Assembly (NCBI GenBank): GCA_018830905.1
Contig: JAHJRM010000017.1
Coordinates: 1 to 24,992 of the forward strand
Origin: Nanobdellota archaeon
GTDB lineage: Archaea; Nanobdellota; Nanobdellia; Pacearchaeales; GW2011-AR1
Reading direction: 5' to 3'
Length of the DNA stretch: 24,992 bases
A program made the translations under genes and the position numbers. How positions within the stretch are numbered: the first letter of the stretch is position 1; every line of letters begins with the position of its first letter. Under the pieces are notes generated by a model, which saw nothing but the letters and a program-made list of their open reading frames with translations, was not told where the DNA came from and searched no databases. Shown one piece after another: positions 23,950 through 24,992 of this stretch.

Positions 23950-24990
23950 ATGGGTCTAAACATACGAGAAATAATTCCAAGAAAAGAAATTGAAATAAGC
24001 GATTTGAAAAACGAAATAGTCTGTGTGGACGCTTACAATATGCTATACCAATTCCTTTCTACAATCAGACAACCTGATGGCACGCCATTGATGGATAATC
24101 AAAAAAGAATAACTAGCCATTTATCAGGGATATTCTATAGAAACACTAACCTCATCTCAGAGGGAATCAAACTAGTGTATATATTTGACGGCAAACCGCC
24201 TGCACTAAAGAGCGGAACGCATTCTATAAGAAAAGAGGCAAGAGAAAATGCAAAAGAGAAATATGACGAAGCTAAACAAACAGAAGACATAGATTCAATG
24301 AGACGTTACAGCTCACAATTTGTCAGAATAGATGATGAAATGTTAGACGAAAGCAAAGAACTTCTTGAAGCAATGGGAATTGCAGTCATCCAAGCACCAA
24401 GCGAAGGAGAAGCTCAAGCCGCTTATCTAAACAAGACAAACAGTGAAGTATTTGCAACAGTCAGTCAAGACTATGACAGCCTTCTTTTTGGAGCTACAAG
24501 ACTAGTAAGAAACCTTGGGCTCTCAAGAAAAAGAAAAACCTATTCTGGATGGGTTGAAGTTTATCCGGAACTTATAGAACTAGAAAAGGTCCTAAATTCT
24601 ATGGAAATAAATTTAGATCAATTAATCTGTATAGGGATTCTTGTGGGAACAGATTACAATCCTAAAGGTATTCCCGGAATAGGTCAGAAAAAGGCCCTGG
24701 ACTTAGTTAAAAAATATAAACAACCAATCTCAATATTCCAGAGTATTGAAGAACAGATAATGAGTATATCAGAGGAGGATCGATTTGACTGGAAAGAAAT
24801 TTTTGAACTATTCCACAAACCAAACGTTGAGAATTTTAAAATAGAATTCCCAGAAGTTGATGAAGACAAAATAAAAGAAATATTAGTAAAAAGACACGAC
24901 TTCTCTGAAGAGCGTGTAGAAAAACAGCTCGAAAGACTCAGAGAAGTTAATGAAAAAAAGAAACAGAAAAATTTAGATAAGTGGTTTTAA
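23950..24990 (+). CDS. fen: Flap endonuclease 1
   Basis: VDAYNMLYQFLSTIRQPDG, YIFDG, APSEGEAQAA, SQDYDSLLFG, GTDYNPKGIPGIG, PIP QKNLDKWF. Confidence 0.97.
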   Translation: MGLNIREIIPRKEIEISDLKNEIVCVDAYNMLYQFLSTIRQPDGTPLMDNQKRITSHLSGIFYRNTNLISEGIKLVYIFDGKPPALKSGTHSIRKEARENAKEKYDEAKQTEDIDSMRRYSSQFVRIDDEMLDESKELLEAMGIAVIQAPSEGEAQAAYLNKTNSEVFATVSQDYDSLLFGATRLVRNLGLSRKRKTYSGWVEVYPELIELEKVLNSMEINLDQLICIGILVGTDYNPKGIPGIGQKKALDLVKKYKQPISIFQSIEEQIMSISEEDRFDWKEIFELFHKPNVENFKIEFPEVDEDKIKEILVKRHDFSEERVEKQLERLREVNEKKKQKNLDKWF

Positions 24991-24992
24991 GA

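Noticed and set aside
44-24869. Many ORF-track frames antisense to or nested in real genes (e.g. 44-265, 153-335, 1008-1409, 4824-5189, 6420-6731, 10512-10751, 12386-13311, 13559-13903, 19349-19741, 20986-23352, 24684-24869)
   Set aside because: Shadow frames of well-supported genes, with no motifs or promoters.

Overview
A 25-kb chromosomal segment of a small-genome archaeon, most likely DPANN (Pacearchaeota/Woesearchaeota-like; this is inference from the gene set and the leaderless TATA promoters). The core genes are the pheS 3' end, HIT, pheT, an intron-containing tRNA-Thr(GGT), aIF5B, rps6e, aIF2-gamma, map, a Nop2/RsmB methyltransferase, polB and fen1. They are interspersed with small membrane proteins, ORFans and accessory genes. 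The most unusual signals are non-coding. (1) A dispersed repeat family (core CTTGTATGATTTTAC plus a GCGAGC-N3-5-GCGAGC module) has 7 intergenic copies, 6 of them directly behind a stop codon in one fixed orientation. (2) A prenyltransferase-fold gene with its promoter is bounded by hybrid A'-spacer-B / B'-spacer-A sites that reconstruct to two palindromic recombination-like sites. (3) A promoter-driven, pseudoknot-capable RNA of about 85 nt lies ahead of a decayed HemK2 methyltransferase gene. (4) A duplicated tRNA 3' end encloses a 59-bp folded insert. Protein-level oddities include a PolB with a remodelled dNTP pocket, a barrel-only pyruvate kinase, a shared C-terminal 'PWW' domain in two divergent exported proteins, and a Shine-Dalgarno-led RHH+ORFan operon in a mostly leaderless context. 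No transposase, integrase or CRISPR array is visible in the window, so the mobilising enzymes are hypothetical. All calls were made by eye, without database searches.
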